A stretch of 64,000 nucleotides of DNA from Opitutales bacterium (GCA_964291575.2 OZ219850.1:170808-234807); one strand, 5' to 3'; positions 38,144 through 47,549 are shown, counted from the stretch's first letter. The notes: generated by a model not told the origin, from the sequence alone. Program-made: numbers and translations.

Positions 38144-38197
38144 TTCCGGTTAAATTGTTCACAAATCGGCGGACTTTTTCGAGGATGGAATGGTTAG

Positions 38198-38342
38198 ACG
38201 CGCAGAAGCGCGCCAATTAGGAATTAGGAATGAAGAATGAGGAATTGGGGAGAAGGAAGTTTTAAACTATTAGGCTCGGTGACAGAGCCAGGGTGTTTTA
38301 GCCGGAAAGAGGACTCTCGCAAAGTTCGCCAAGAACGCTAAG
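38198..38342. repeat. word array flanking the IS element on the left
   Basis: GCGCGCC, then AATTAGGAATTAGGAATGAAGAATGAGGAATTGGG (near-identical to 26149-26190), then CTCGCAAAGTTCGCCAAGAACGCTAAG. Confidence 0.8.
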
Positions 38343-38429
38343 ATTTTTTAGAATACAGAGATATTGAAATAAGAAAGGTGTGGTTTTGTGATGGTATGGG
38401 TTCAATCCGAATCTGATAAAACTTGTTAA

Positions 38430-38627
38430 GCATGGCAGCGTTCGGAAACATTAGAAGCAACTCGTGGGTGATTGTGCTAACCCGCGGGTGGCTACTGGAG
38501 ACGCTCGGAACAAGCACTGGAATAATTCTCCGATTTTGTGATTGAGCGCCGACGGATACGCACCCACATGGTGAAAAACCGAATACCTGTTTGTCACGTG
38601 GCCGTCTGCTTCCAGAACGCTGCCTGC
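38430..38627 (+). ncRNA. candidate IS110 bridge (seek) RNA in the 5' non-coding arm
   Basis: Long-range closing stem GCAtGGCAGCGTTCGGAA (38430-38447) pairs with TTCCaGAACGCTGCCTGC (38610-38627): 17 bp with two 1-nt bulges. Inner stem GTGGGTG (38464-38470) pairs with CACCCAC (38561-38567). The structure ends 27 nt before the transposase ATG. Confidence 0.4.
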
Positions 38628-38653
38628 TTTAAATAATAAGAAAGATTAATCTA

Positions 38654-39835
38654 ATGATAGAAAACAAAACCAAATGCAACCGAATCATTGGCTTGGATAT
38701 GCATCCGGATGTTTTTGCCGCAGCAGCGCTGCAGAACACCGATGCTGCAAGCGCTAAGACCCTCTGGGTACATGACCGTCAAAAAACCGCCCAACTCGAA
38801 CAGTGGGCCGATAAACACCTTCAGCCAGGTGACGTCCTGCTACTGGAAGCTTCCGGCAACAGCTTCGAAGTAGCTTCGCGTCTCCACACTCTGGGTTTCA
38901 CCGCCCTGGTGTTGGAAAGTGCACAAGCCGGTAAGCTGCGAGAGAACTTTTGTAACGATGATCGTCATAGCGCCGTGAAGCTGGCCCGTGTTTACCTCAG
39001 CGGATTAGCCAAATTAGTCTGGCAACCCGATGAGGCGACTCGCGATCACCGCGAGGTCTTTTTCGCCCATCGTAATGCCGTAAAGGATACCACCCGCTGC
39101 CGCAACCGGATCCGGGGGTTCCTCAATGAACACTGTGTGCGGCTGCCAACCGGCACACGACTGACTCAAGCCAGTGGGCTGAAACGTGCCCTGAGCCTAT
39201 ACAACTGGAACGCTCTGCAGCAATCCCTGCTGGAAGATAAATTTAGCCAACTGTGGGAAACTGAAAAACGCCGCAAGCGTTTGGAACAAACCATGATTGC
39301 CGAACTGATTGCCCGGCCAGCCTGGGCGCGCCTCTGGCGCCTGATGGGTATCCGCCATCGGGTGGCCTTTGGGCTGATGGCCATAATCGGGGATGTCCAT
39401 CGTTTTGCCACTGCCAAAAAACTCGTCGGCTACCTCGGCCTGTCTCCGCGCAAAGAACAATCCGGTAACAATGCGCGTGGACGCGAACGAGGGATAGGCA
39501 AGACGGGACGAGGTGACTTGCGTGCCTTACTTATACAGAGCGCCCAAAATGCCCTAAACCAACGAGGCAGTCCGCTTCACAAATGGGGCTGGAAACTCCT
39601 GATCAAAAAGAATCGCAAATTGGCCGTAGCAGCTGTCGCACGCAAACTGACTGTAGCAGTCTGGCATTTGCTCATGGGACACTTCACACCACTGGTCGAA
39701 CTTGATGACCACCTCCAAACTAAACTTCTAAAACTTGCAACTGTGATGGGAAAGCAAAAGCTCTCTGAGCTCGGCTATCCCAATAGGAACGCATTTACTC
39801 ACCATATCTTTAAACAAATTAAACATTGCACTTGA
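38654..39835 (+). CDS. IS110-family transposase/recombinase
   Basis: 393 aa. N-terminal DEDD RuvC-like region (IIGLDMHPDVFAAAAL...LLEASGNSFE). C-terminal Transposase_20 region (IIGDVHRFATAKKLVGYLGLSPRKEQSGN). Confidence 0.92.
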   Translation: MIENKTKCNRIIGLDMHPDVFAAAALQNTDAASAKTLWVHDRQKTAQLEQWADKHLQPGDVLLLEASGNSFEVASRLHTLGFTALVLESAQAGKLRENFCNDDRHSAVKLARVYLSGLAKLVWQPDEATRDHREVFFAHRNAVKDTTRCRNRIRGFLNEHCVRLPTGTRLTQASGLKRALSLYNWNALQQSLLEDKFSQLWETEKRRKRLEQTMIAELIARPAWARLWRLMGIRHRVAFGLMAIIGDVHRFATAKKLVGYLGLSPRKEQSGNNARGRERGIGKTGRGDLRALLIQSAQNALNQRGSPLHKWGWKLLIKKNRKLAVAAVARKLTVAVWHLLMGHFTPLVELDDHLQTKLLKLATVMGKQKLSELGYPNRNAFTHHIFKQIKHCT

Positions 39836-39926
39836 TTGACCACATACCTGCTTTTTGTGGCTAAATTCCCATCCGTGGCTCTTCCTTGGCCAAAATTTGC
39901 CGCATCCACCCTTCAACCCTCAAATC

Positions 39927-40100
39927 GAAAAATTCCTAATTCCTAATTGGCGCCCCCTGGCGCCTCTTTGCGTTCTTGGCGATCTTTGCGAGAGGTAATT
40001 CCTCTGGGATTTTCGATCACTATCACGATTTATTTCAGCACCTTCAGCCATCAGCCTTTATAACCTCTGTGTCCTCTGTGCTCTCTGTGGTGATTTGTTT
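39927..40100. repeat. word array flanking the IS element on the right
   Basis: (TTCCTAA)n-TTGGCGCC-CCCT-GGCGCC, CTTTGCGTTCTTGGCGATCTTTGCGAGAGG, GATCAC units, AGCCTT units, CTCTGTGTCCTCTGTGCTCTCTGTGG. Confidence 0.85.
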
Positions 40101-40113
40101 AAAGGACGTCACC

Positions 40114-42606
40114 CTATCTCCAGGTTTTTCGCAGTTCCGTCACCTGGGCCCGGGAGTGCCTGAGAAATTTGCCGGAAATGACTTCTTCCGGCCGGCCTTC
40201 CCAATTCCAGCGGATGTTGAAACTCCCCACACCGCCTGAAGACAGTTGGTAACGAACTTCCACGGGATAGGTTTCACCTTCTTCCATGTCCAGCACGGCG
40301 GTATGAAAACCGGGAAAATCATCCAGTTCCATCAATGGCCTGCCGTTGATGATGAGGGAGAGGGCTTGCTCAGTGCTCCCGGTAAAGGTGATCTCACCGG
40401 AATGAGGACCAACCAAAAAACCACTCCAGATTCCGCCCCAATCATTTCCTCGTTTTTCCACCGCGTTATCGTAATCGATGGACAGGGCATCCAGGGGATA
40501 TTCTCCCTGTGGGTTGAAGAAGGAGGAACTGCCGAAAAAGGTTCCAACCAACCCCGGCATTTTGGGATGGTGATAGTCGGCCGGCAAAACTGCGCCCGGG
40601 ATCGCAATTTCGAAACCCAGGCTATCCACCGGAAGCTCCTCGGTCAATTTTCCGCCCAGAGCTTTTTTCAGATGGGGCAAATCGTAGTGCAACAACACGC
40701 CGTGGGCCGCATTGGCCAGTTGGTGAAATGAGCGTTCCCTTTTCAATATACTCTCCCAGGAACCGAGGCAGTTTACCAACCGGGTTCGCCCGATGAGTCC
40801 CGGTTCCAGAAAGGCGGCGTGCAGAGCCGCTACGGCAATTTGACCTTCCCCATGCAAGTCCACCCCTCGCCGGTCCCCGCCCCGGGTGTAACGAACCGCC
40901 CTCAAAATATCTTCTACACGCATACCCAGATAGCTCTCCCCCAAGACATAGGCGCTCTGAATATCCTCCTGATCCGTTCCAAAGAAACCGCCCTGGGTGA
41001 CCTGAAATTTCTGAGCCGTTTCCCCTACTCCCCGGGGATCTGCCGCCACAACCGGTCTGCCCGATTTCGCCACCTCATCCAGCCAGCCTCCTTCATAGGC
41101 CGAGGCCCCGGCGCCCTCGGTGCTGACATACAGCAAGGGCTTTTCCCCATTGGCCTCAACAGGTCGCAGATCCAGTAGGGGCAGGAATAATCCTTCCTCC
41201 GTCTCCAGAAGTCCCTTGTGGATAGTGTAACCATCGCGCTCGACCCTTCCCATTTCATGATAAACCGGCCGGGGAATTTCCATGAGAGGACGGACCTTTA
41301 GAGCAGAGCGAACCAACCGACGTTTTCCCTCTTCCTCCAGGCCATCCCAAACCGAGTCCCGCCCCGATCGAGCGGCCTCCAGCTTTTCCCGGAACAAATC
41401 GAATATCGACCGGGCCCCTTCCACATCCATAACCTGTCCCCCGGGGGTAGCCCAAAGCTCTTCCGGGGTAAACAGATCGAGCGGCGGCTCAACAATGGTT
41501 TCCACCCGCCCCTTCAACCATTGATTGAACCAGCGCATGGCCGCTTCCCGCTGGGTGCGGTTATAATTGTGACCAGCGTTGTTCTCCAGAATGTCGGCCC
41601 GTTCGGAAAATCCGAGATCCGTGTAATGGCGCTTGATCCAGCGGAAACTTTCCCAAACCGCATCGATTTGGAAAAAGTCGTGGGTGGAGGCCAGGACCTT
41701 GACTGGCGCAGGGGCTCGCATCAAATAGAGGGAGGGTTGCTCGATCCCGCTGGACATCTGGCCAAAATGCATTTGCTCCCAGTCCCCCATGGAATCGTGG
41801 ATCTGCCGGCGCAACAAATGGAGCCAACAGCTGGGGGCAGCCACTTTCAGGCGATCATCCAGGGCGAAGATGAAAGAGGTCTGCGTCCCCCCGCCGCTAT
41901 TACCGGTAATCCCGAGCAAATCGGAGTCGACCTCGGGACGACTCGCCAGGTAATCCAGAGCCCGAATGCCATCCCAGGCGAAGTACTGCATGAGGCCTTC
42001 ACCCAGCAAGGTGGCTATAACCCCCTCCTGCATGTGCATGTGAGTGCCGTAGTAGGGCCTGCTCCCATCATCCCTCTGGTATTGCTGGCGCTCCCCTTGA
42101 TCCAGTGGATCGAAAACCAAACCGACCATCCCATTCAAAGCCAGCAATGCGCCCATGGACTGGTATTCGTCATGCGCCTTGGCCACGTGGGCATGGCCGC
42201 ATGGAACCAGAACACCGGGATAAGGAGGGGCAAATCTGCCACTTTCCGGCACATACAGATTGGCCGAGACCAGGAAATCCGGACGGCTTTCCATAAGGAC
42301 CTTCTCAACGCGGAATCCGGGACGGCGCAACACACCTGTCACTTGCGGTTTCAGAGGAGTCCTCTCGGGAAAGCCTCCCAACAATTCAATCATCTGCCCT
42401 CGCAAGGTCCGGTTGTGCTCTTCCCACCCGCCTTCCTCCTGCAGTCGAAGAAAATCCTCCTGCCAGTCCTCGTAGGCGGACAACAGCTTCTCCTTCATCC
42501 AAACCTCAACCATATCCCCGGGAATGACACCGTCCGGCAAGCGGTCCGGCACAACCCGCACTTCTTCCGCCGTCAGGTGAATCACACCCCCCACCAACAA
42601 AATCAT
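40114..42606 (-). CDS. exported alpha/beta-hydrolase (esterase/peptidase-like) with C-terminal PA14-like domain
   Basis: Nucleophile elbow ITGNSGGG. The C-terminal ~140 aa are PA14-like (GLVGTFFGSSSF...GETYPVEVRYQLSSGG). The track start at 42801 runs through repeat family B. ATG 42606 is preceded by AAGGGAG and gives MILLVGGVIHLTA. Confidence 0.65.
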   Translation of the reverse strand: MILLVGGVIHLTAEEVRVVPDRLPDGVIPGDMVEVWMKEKLLSAYEDWQEDFLRLQEEGGWEEHNRTLRGQMIELLGGFPERTPLKPQVTGVLRRPGFRVEKVLMESRPDFLVSANLYVPESGRFAPPYPGVLVPCGHAHVAKAHDEYQSMGALLALNGMVGLVFDPLDQGERQQYQRDDGSRPYYGTHMHMQEGVIATLLGEGLMQYFAWDGIRALDYLASRPEVDSDLLGITGNSGGGTQTSFIFALDDRLKVAAPSCWLHLLRRQIHDSMGDWEQMHFGQMSSGIEQPSLYLMRAPAPVKVLASTHDFFQIDAVWESFRWIKRHYTDLGFSERADILENNAGHNYNRTQREAAMRWFNQWLKGRVETIVEPPLDLFTPEELWATPGGQVMDVEGARSIFDLFREKLEAARSGRDSVWDGLEEEGKRRLVRSALKVRPLMEIPRPVYHEMGRVERDGYTIHKGLLETEEGLFLPLLDLRPVEANGEKPLLYVSTEGAGASAYEGGWLDEVAKSGRPVVAADPRGVGETAQKFQVTQGGFFGTDQEDIQSAYVLGESYLGMRVEDILRAVRYTRGGDRRGVDLHGEGQIAVAALHAAFLEPGLIGRTRLVNCLGSWESILKRERSFHQLANAAHGVLLHYDLPHLKKALGGKLTEELPVDSLGFEIAIPGAVLPADYHHPKMPGLVGTFFGSSSFFNPQGEYPLDALSIDYDNAVEKRGNDWGGIWSGFLVGPHSGEITFTGSTEQALSLIINGRPLMELDDFPGFHTAVLDMEEGETYPVEVRYQLSSGGVGSFNIRWNWEGRPEEVISGKFLRHSRAQVTELRKTWR

Positions 42607-42640
42607 CCCAAATAAGACTCCCTTTACCGCCCTGGATGGG

Positions 42641-42788
42641 CCGCGGGGGAAGGGGTCAAGACGTAAAAAGTTTTGCCTTACAGGGTCGGTCGTCTTGAAA
42701 AAGTGTATGGAGTACAACGGAATACAGTTTTTAAGACCCGACCCTTTTCTTTCGCAAGGCAGCACTTTTCTACGGCATGACCCACTAG
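42641..42788. repeat. family B element, truncated copy 2 (inverted relative to copy 1)
   Basis: CGCGGGGGAAGGGGTCAAGACGTAAAAAG...CTACGGCATGACCCACTAG aligns with the reverse complement of 24400-24560. Confidence 0.75.
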
Positions 42789-42797
42789 GAGGTCCCC

Positions 42798-44105
42798 TCA
42801 CCGATCGCCAATGGAACCGTCCGGCCAGCGATGTGCGCTCCAGTCCTTGGGTTTATAGGGCATTTTGGCCGCTACCTTTTCGTCCAGATCCAATCCGAGG
42901 CCAGGCCGGTCCGGCGGTAGCGCGAATCCATTTTCAAAGACTACACCTCCCCCATGAAAAAGGTCCTGGAAATAGGGAGACTGGCCTGAGCCAATTTCCA
43001 GTAAGGTGGCGTTGGGCGTGCTCATGCACACGTGCAGGCTGGCCATGGTGCTGACTTCGCTCTGGGGATTATGAGGGGACATTTCGATGCGGAATGCCTC
43101 CGCCAAAGCGGCAATTTTACGCATCTCCCCAATCCCTCCGCAATGGACCACGTCCGGGTTCACGTAATTCACCAAGTGCCGGGCGCAGATTTCAGTAAAC
43201 GCGTACTTGGTCAACAATCGTTCCCCTGTGGCCAAAGGCACGGCCGTTTGCGACCGAAGGAGAGCCAACTCGCCGATGTCTTCCTGCTGGGTCGCTTCCT
43301 CCACCCAGAAGGGATCATACTCCTCCGCTCGGCGGCAAAACTGAATCGCCATCGGGGTGGTCGGCTTCCCATGGGCATCGATCAAAATGTCGAAATCCGG
43401 GCCCACCGCTTCCCGTACCCGCCTGAGCCGGTCGATGGCCGTCCGAATCATCTTGGCCGGCTCGACCAGATTATTCTCGGCCTCGAGGAAACCGGCCTTG
43501 CAGGCGGTCCACCCCTGTTCCTTCCGTTTCAAGTACCTTTCCGGATATGAGAGCGGTTCGGGTTTCGGCGTTCCGGGAGGCTGGTGGTGATGCATGAGAA
43601 CGTTCCCGCTACGCACGTGCGGATAGACGCGGACTTTATCGCGTGCCTTTCCTCCCAGAAGTTTCCAGATAGGCTGTCCCAGCGCCTTTCCCAGAATATC
43701 CCACAAGGCGATCTCCACCGCACTGAGGGCGGAGGTGAGGATAGGACCGCCCCGGTAACGTGGGCCCCGGAACATACCCTGCCACAAGCGTTCGATATTG
43801 GTGGGGTCCTTACCTAGAAGATAGCGCTTGTGCTCCTGAATGGCCGCTTCCACCGTAAGTCCCTTGCCGGTCATGGTTCCTTCACCGAGACCGGTTATTC
43901 CCTGGTTGGTGTAGATCTTGACGTAAACGAAATTTTCGTCGTTTGCCGAATCGACAACAAAGGTCCGCAGGTCGGTAATTTCCAGGTTCAAGTCCTCCGC
44001 CCTGGCATAATGTGCTTCTGACTCCTTCGAGCGGGCCAGAAGGCTTTGCCTTGCCAAACCGGCCATTCCCGTAAGACCCAAACCCAAAAATTGGCGACGC
44101 TTCAT
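42798..44105 (-). CDS. enolase-superfamily dehydratase (mandelate racemase/galactonate-mannonate dehydratase-like) with a twin-arginine signal peptide
   Basis: 435 aa. MKRRQFLGLGLTGMAGLA Tat motif. MR/MLE N- and C-terminal domains (KIYTNQGITGLGEGT, DAHGK, EEATQQED, LATGERL). Confidence 0.8.
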   Translation of the reverse strand: MKRRQFLGLGLTGMAGLARQSLLARSKESEAHYARAEDLNLEITDLRTFVVDSANDENFVYVKIYTNQGITGLGEGTMTGKGLTVEAAIQEHKRYLLGKDPTNIERLWQGMFRGPRYRGGPILTSALSAVEIALWDILGKALGQPIWKLLGGKARDKVRVYPHVRSGNVLMHHHQPPGTPKPEPLSYPERYLKRKEQGWTACKAGFLEAENNLVEPAKMIRTAIDRLRRVREAVGPDFDILIDAHGKPTTPMAIQFCRRAEEYDPFWVEEATQQEDIGELALLRSQTAVPLATGERLLTKYAFTEICARHLVNYVNPDVVHCGGIGEMRKIAALAEAFRIEMSPHNPQSEVSTMASLHVCMSTPNATLLEIGSGQSPYFQDLFHGGGVVFENGFALPPDRPGLGLDLDEKVAAKMPYKPKDWSAHRWPDGSIGDR

Positions 44106-44205
44106 AGTTTAAATGGCTTTTGAATGACCAATTTAACCATCACCTCAGTTTCCATGCCAGCAATATCATGCCCCTTCACCAGACGTTCTCATTCTTCTAC
44201 CTTTC

Positions 44206-44912
44206 ATTTGTGGAACCCCTTTGGGGTTCGATGATGGGGTGATCGGTAACCCAGCGTGCGCTGCGCGACACTGGGCTTTGGAGTTCAACGCCGTTGGCGT
44301 AAAAACCAGATCTTTGCATCGGTTGATTTCATTGCGCTTCGAGAATTTTGCGAGGAGTCATTTCCCTTCTCCAAGTCGGTGGTTTTTCGATCAAGATCAT
44401 GATCAAGATCACGATCACGATGATTTACTTCGTGCCCCTTCGTGGATCCAATTCCCTTTCAGCCTTTAGCCTTCAACCTTCAGCCTTTAGAATCCTTTGT
44501 GCCTTTGTGCCTTTTCATTCCTAATTCCTAATTGGCGCCAACGGCGCCCCTCCTCTTTCCACTTGGCGCGTCAGCGCTCCCCCCTCCTACAGCTCTCCAA
44601 GTCATTGATTTTTCCACCACTCCACCATTTCTCTTTCCATGGGGGACAGGAATGTCCCCCCTCCGTTACTCCATCACTCCCCCACTCCATCACTCCATCA
44701 CTCCACCACTCCACCACTCCCCCACTCATTCTTTGCGTCCTCTGCCTCTTGGCGGCTTTGCGAGATGCCCCTCTTCACGTTTCCCCCTCCTTTATTTCTG
44801 CGCTAATCTGCGTCATCTGCGGTTCCTCTCCCTCTCAGCATCTCAGCAACTCTTCCAATTCCTAATTCCTAATTCCTAATTCCTAATTGGCGCGAAGCGC
44901 CTTTAGCCTTCA
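44206..44912. repeat. largest mosaic word array (~0.7 kb), includes an internal MITE fragment
   Basis: Order: GAACCCC hairpin, CCCAG..CTGGG hairpin, (GATCAx)n, AGCCTTY units, TTTGTGCC x2, (TTCCTAA)n-GGCGCC hairpin, MITE interior (CCTCCTACAGCTCTCCAAGTC...), GGGGGACAGGAATGTCCCCC palindrome, (CCAYCACTC)n, CTTTGCG... word, AATCTGCG units, CATCTCAGC units, (TTCCTAA)4-TTGGCGCGAAGCGCC, AGCCTT units overlapping the stop codon of 44910. Confidence 0.9.
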
Positions 44913-46064
44913 GCCTTTATTGAAACAATCCATCAAATCGGGCCTGGTTTCCCAACCTATGCCGCTTTCCTCGGGAGCGGAGGCCCGTCCATCCTCGATT
45001 TCAACCGACACCCCAAATCCCCCGAAGGGGGCAAATACCCCGGGATAGACTTCCGTTCCGCCTATCTGAAGGCCTTGGGCGATGTGAAGGTTGAACAAAT
45101 TCCCACCATGAGGGAAACAGCTTCTCCGCGACCAGCCGGAATTTTCCAGGGCATGGATGATGTCCAGGTATTCCGCGATCCCGTAGGCCAAACCCGGGTC
45201 CATCTGTAGAATATCCCGTTCCGGACGCAATCCCCCGTAGCGAATCAGGTTGTTTACCTCCTGCAGTGAGAAGAGGTTCTCCCCTGTGGCCAGGGGCGGC
45301 CCGTAGGCTGTACCCAACCGTTTGTATGCCTCGAAGTCCAAGGGATCGACCGGCTCCTCGTACCAACGCAGGTTCAAATCCACCAGGGCTCTCCCCCATT
45401 CCAGCGCCTCCTCCCCACTGAAGCGCCCGTTCGCGTCTACGGCCACGTCACTGGAAGAACCCACCGTGGTTATGGCGGTTTCTATCCGCTGCAAATCCTC
45501 CTTCAAGGATGCGCCGCCGACTTTGATCTTAACGGACCGGAATCCCCCTTCGAGATAGCCTTGCAACTCCCGCCGCAAACGGTCCTGTCCACCCTCATCA
45601 TAATAGTATCCACCGGCCGCATAAACCTCGACCGCGGGATCGAATCGGCCCCCGTTAAAACGATCCGCCAAGCACCGATAGAGCGGCTTCCGTTCGAGTT
45701 TTGCGTAGAGGTCCCAGGCTGCCATGTCAACGGCGCCAATGGCGACCGATCGCTCACCATGACCCCCTTGCTTTTCGTCGCGGCGCATGAGCCGGTTCAA
45801 CAGCAAGGGATCCGGAAACCCATCCCGGTTGTAGGCGGATGGGTCCGCCCGTAACAGGCGCGGGGCAAAGCGCTCCAGGATCATTTCGGTTTGGGCGTAA
45901 CGCCCAATGGACCCGAATCCGTAACCGGTCTCGATGGATCCATCATTCCGCCTTGCCAGGATGGCCACAACCGATCCCGTCATCCCGGCAAAACTGACCG
46001 TGGCATTTCGGTAATCGGCCTGCAGGGGGATGGTCCGAGCCCGTATGGATTCAATCCTGGTCAT
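44910..46064 (-). CDS. enolase-superfamily (mandelate racemase/muconate lactonizing enzyme family) acid-sugar dehydratase candidate
   Basis: 384 aa. MR-subgroup layout (KIKVGG, DANGRF, EEPVDP, LATGENL, HGG). Confidence 0.78.
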   Translation of the reverse strand: MTRIESIRARTIPLQADYRNATVSFAGMTGSVVAILARRNDGSIETGYGFGSIGRYAQTEMILERFAPRLLRADPSAYNRDGFPDPLLLNRLMRRDEKQGGHGERSVAIGAVDMAAWDLYAKLERKPLYRCLADRFNGGRFDPAVEVYAAGGYYYDEGGQDRLRRELQGYLEGGFRSVKIKVGGASLKEDLQRIETAITTVGSSSDVAVDANGRFSGEEALEWGRALVDLNLRWYEEPVDPLDFEAYKRLGTAYGPPLATGENLFSLQEVNNLIRYGGLRPERDILQMDPGLAYGIAEYLDIIHALENSGWSRRSCFPHGGNLFNLHIAQGLQIGGTEVYPGVFAPFGGFGVSVEIEDGRASAPEESGIGWETRPDLMDCFNKG

Positions 46065-46088
46065 GCGAATTTATATCCAAATTAAACG

Positions 46089-47252
46089 CTAGTGCTTGGA
46101 ACACTCCTTCATCAACTCGCGCAAGCCTATGGCAGAAGCGTCTCCTTCCAGCGGGTACGTTTCCGACCCATTGTAGAGAATGAATTTCCGGTTCGGTTTG
46201 AGATCCGAACACGCTCTCCTGAAATGGCTGCTTGGCTTGGGGGCCGACGTGCGCTTGATCTCTATTGCCCACAACTCTCCACCCGGGAACTGCAATAGTA
46301 AATCGATTTCCACACCCGTGGACGTTCGGTAGAAGTAAGCCTCCACATTTCTGGGCGCACTCGCCAGAAGGCTTTCGATAGCGAATCCCTCCCAACTCAT
46401 GCCAACCACCGGATGTGAGAACAGGGCTTCGCGATCTGAAATCCCCAGCAACTGGTGAACGATTCCGCTGTCCCGCACATAAACTTTTGGTGACTTCACC
46501 AACCGCTTGCCAGTGTTGGCATGCCACGGATGCAAACGCCTCAACAGGAGGAGATCTACCAGAAGATCCACATAACGGAAGATGGTAACACTGCTCACAT
46601 CTAGTCCCGAAGCCAGTTTTGCGGCATTCAGATTGCTTCCCTGCTGGTGAGCCAACATCGTCCAGAATCGACGCAAGGTGGTGGCAGGGACGCGAGGACC
46701 CAACTGAGGAATGTCACGCTCGAGATAGGTTCGGATGAAGTCCTCTCGCCAATCCACACTGACTTCGTTCGTCTCCGCCAATACGCTTCTGGGAAATCCA
46801 CCGCGAAGCCAAAGTGTATCGAGTTCAATCGACTCGACCTCCAGAGGGGTTACCCCCGTCAACTCAAGATACTGAATCCGGCCAGCCAGACTCTCGGAAG
46901 GCTGCTTGAGGAGATCGATCGATGCCGACCCAAGAATCAGATATCTGCCGTTGCCGGCACCTTTCATGCGAGCCCGATCGATCAGCCCTCTCAACACCGG
47001 AAACAGATCCGGCGCTCGGTGAATCTCATTGAGAATAACCAACTTGTCCAGGTGTCCTGAAAGGTAACTCAAAGGATCCTGCAACTTCGCCAAGTCCGCC
47101 GGACTTTCCATATCCAAGTAAATTGATGAAAGTACCTCAGAAACGTGATGGGCCAATGTCGTCTTTCCCACCTGACGAGGGCCAAGCAATGCCACAGCCG
47201 GATTATTTTTTAATCCGTTAGCAACCCGTGAGTACAATGCCCTTTCAATCAT
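46089..47252 (-). CDS. AAA+ ATPase with DUF4143-type C-terminal domain
   Basis: Walker A LLGPRQVGKTTLA. Typical AAA_14 plus DUF4143 architecture. The track start is TTG 47261; the first ATG is 47252. Confidence 0.8.
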   Translation of the reverse strand: MIERALYSRVANGLKNNPAVALLGPRQVGKTTLAHHVSEVLSSIYLDMESPADLAKLQDPLSYLSGHLDKLVILNEIHRAPDLFPVLRGLIDRARMKGAGNGRYLILGSASIDLLKQPSESLAGRIQYLELTGVTPLEVESIELDTLWLRGGFPRSVLAETNEVSVDWREDFIRTYLERDIPQLGPRVPATTLRRFWTMLAHQQGSNLNAAKLASGLDVSSVTIFRYVDLLVDLLLLRRLHPWHANTGKRLVKSPKVYVRDSGIVHQLLGISDREALFSHPVVGMSWEGFAIESLLASAPRNVEAYFYRTSTGVEIDLLLQFPGGELWAIEIKRTSAPKPSSHFRRACSDLKPNRKFILYNGSETYPLEGDASAIGLRELMKECSKH

Positions 47253-47253
47253 A

Positions 47254-47290
47254 CCTTGCAAATCTAATACGAAATGTTAGATTTGCAAGG
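47254..47290 (-). promoter_or_regulatory. perfect 14-bp hairpin abutting the ATPase start codon
   Basis: CCTTGCAAATCTAA (47254-47267), 9-nt loop, TTAGATTTGCAAGG (47277-47290). In mRNA sense the stem ends 1 nt before ATG 47252. Confidence 0.35.
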
Positions 47291-47334
47291 TATTTCCTGG
47301 CTAGCCCAAACGTGATGGCAGAGACAGTAAGTTG

Positions 47335-47549
47335 TCAGTGGTCAGTGGTCAGTGGTCAGTGGTCAGTTATCAGTGGTCAGTGGTCAGTGGTTTCTCGATG
47401 CTTGTTCGTGACCTTTGCGAGAGTCAATTCCTCGGGAATTTTCGATCACGATTCCAAGAAATCTCAGCAACTCGGCAACTCAGCATCTCAGCCTCTCCAA
47501 TAATTCCTAATTCCTAATTCCTAATTGGCGCCCCCAGGCGCTTTTGTGG
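47335..47549. repeat. mosaic word array starting with about 8 tandem CAGTGGT heptamers
   Basis: (CAGTGGT)n at 47335-47390, CTTTGCGAGAG, GATCAC, CATCTCAGC/AACTCGGC units, (TTCCTAA)n-TTGGCGCC-CCCA-GGCGC, TTTTGTGGTTA ending in the stop codon of the PhoD gene. Confidence 0.9.

Larger units (their letters stand above)
38343..39926 (+). mobile_element. IS110-family insertion sequence (ends approximate)
   Basis: DEDD-type transposase CDS with a ~300-bp 5' non-coding arm and a ~90-bp 3' arm. Bounded on both sides by host repeat words. IS110-family elements lack classical TIRs, so the ends cannot be fixed by eye. Confidence 0.65.

Noticed and set aside
38395-38415. tRNA-like T-arm string GGGTTCAATCCGAATC in the IS 5' arm.
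   Set aside because: There is no acceptor, D or anticodon stem around it. The match is only to the T-loop consensus.
44380-44425. Possible CRISPR arrays at the tandem GATCAC/GATCAA stretches (also 47335-47390 CAGTGGT, 49846-49880, 35238-35275).
   Set aside because: The units are 6-9 bp and directly abutting with no spacers. There are no 24-40-bp repeats and no cas genes. These are microsatellite-like words.
44497-44879. Track ORFs lying wholly in word arrays (44497..44865, 44532..44879, 44221..44469, 27392..27625, 27412..27609, 26157..26483, 26177..26476, 62851..63072, 47228..47517, 22699..23013).
   Set aside because: They are translations of repeats (HHSITP, DHDQDHD, LCVLCG, FLIPNWR strings). 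The same DNA is open in several frames and on both strands, and there is no coding signal.
46089-47252. DUF4143 AAA+ ATPase as the core of a defence system.
   Set aside because: It is a single gene with no nuclease, effector or methylase partner nearby. This architecture is a common stand-alone gene.
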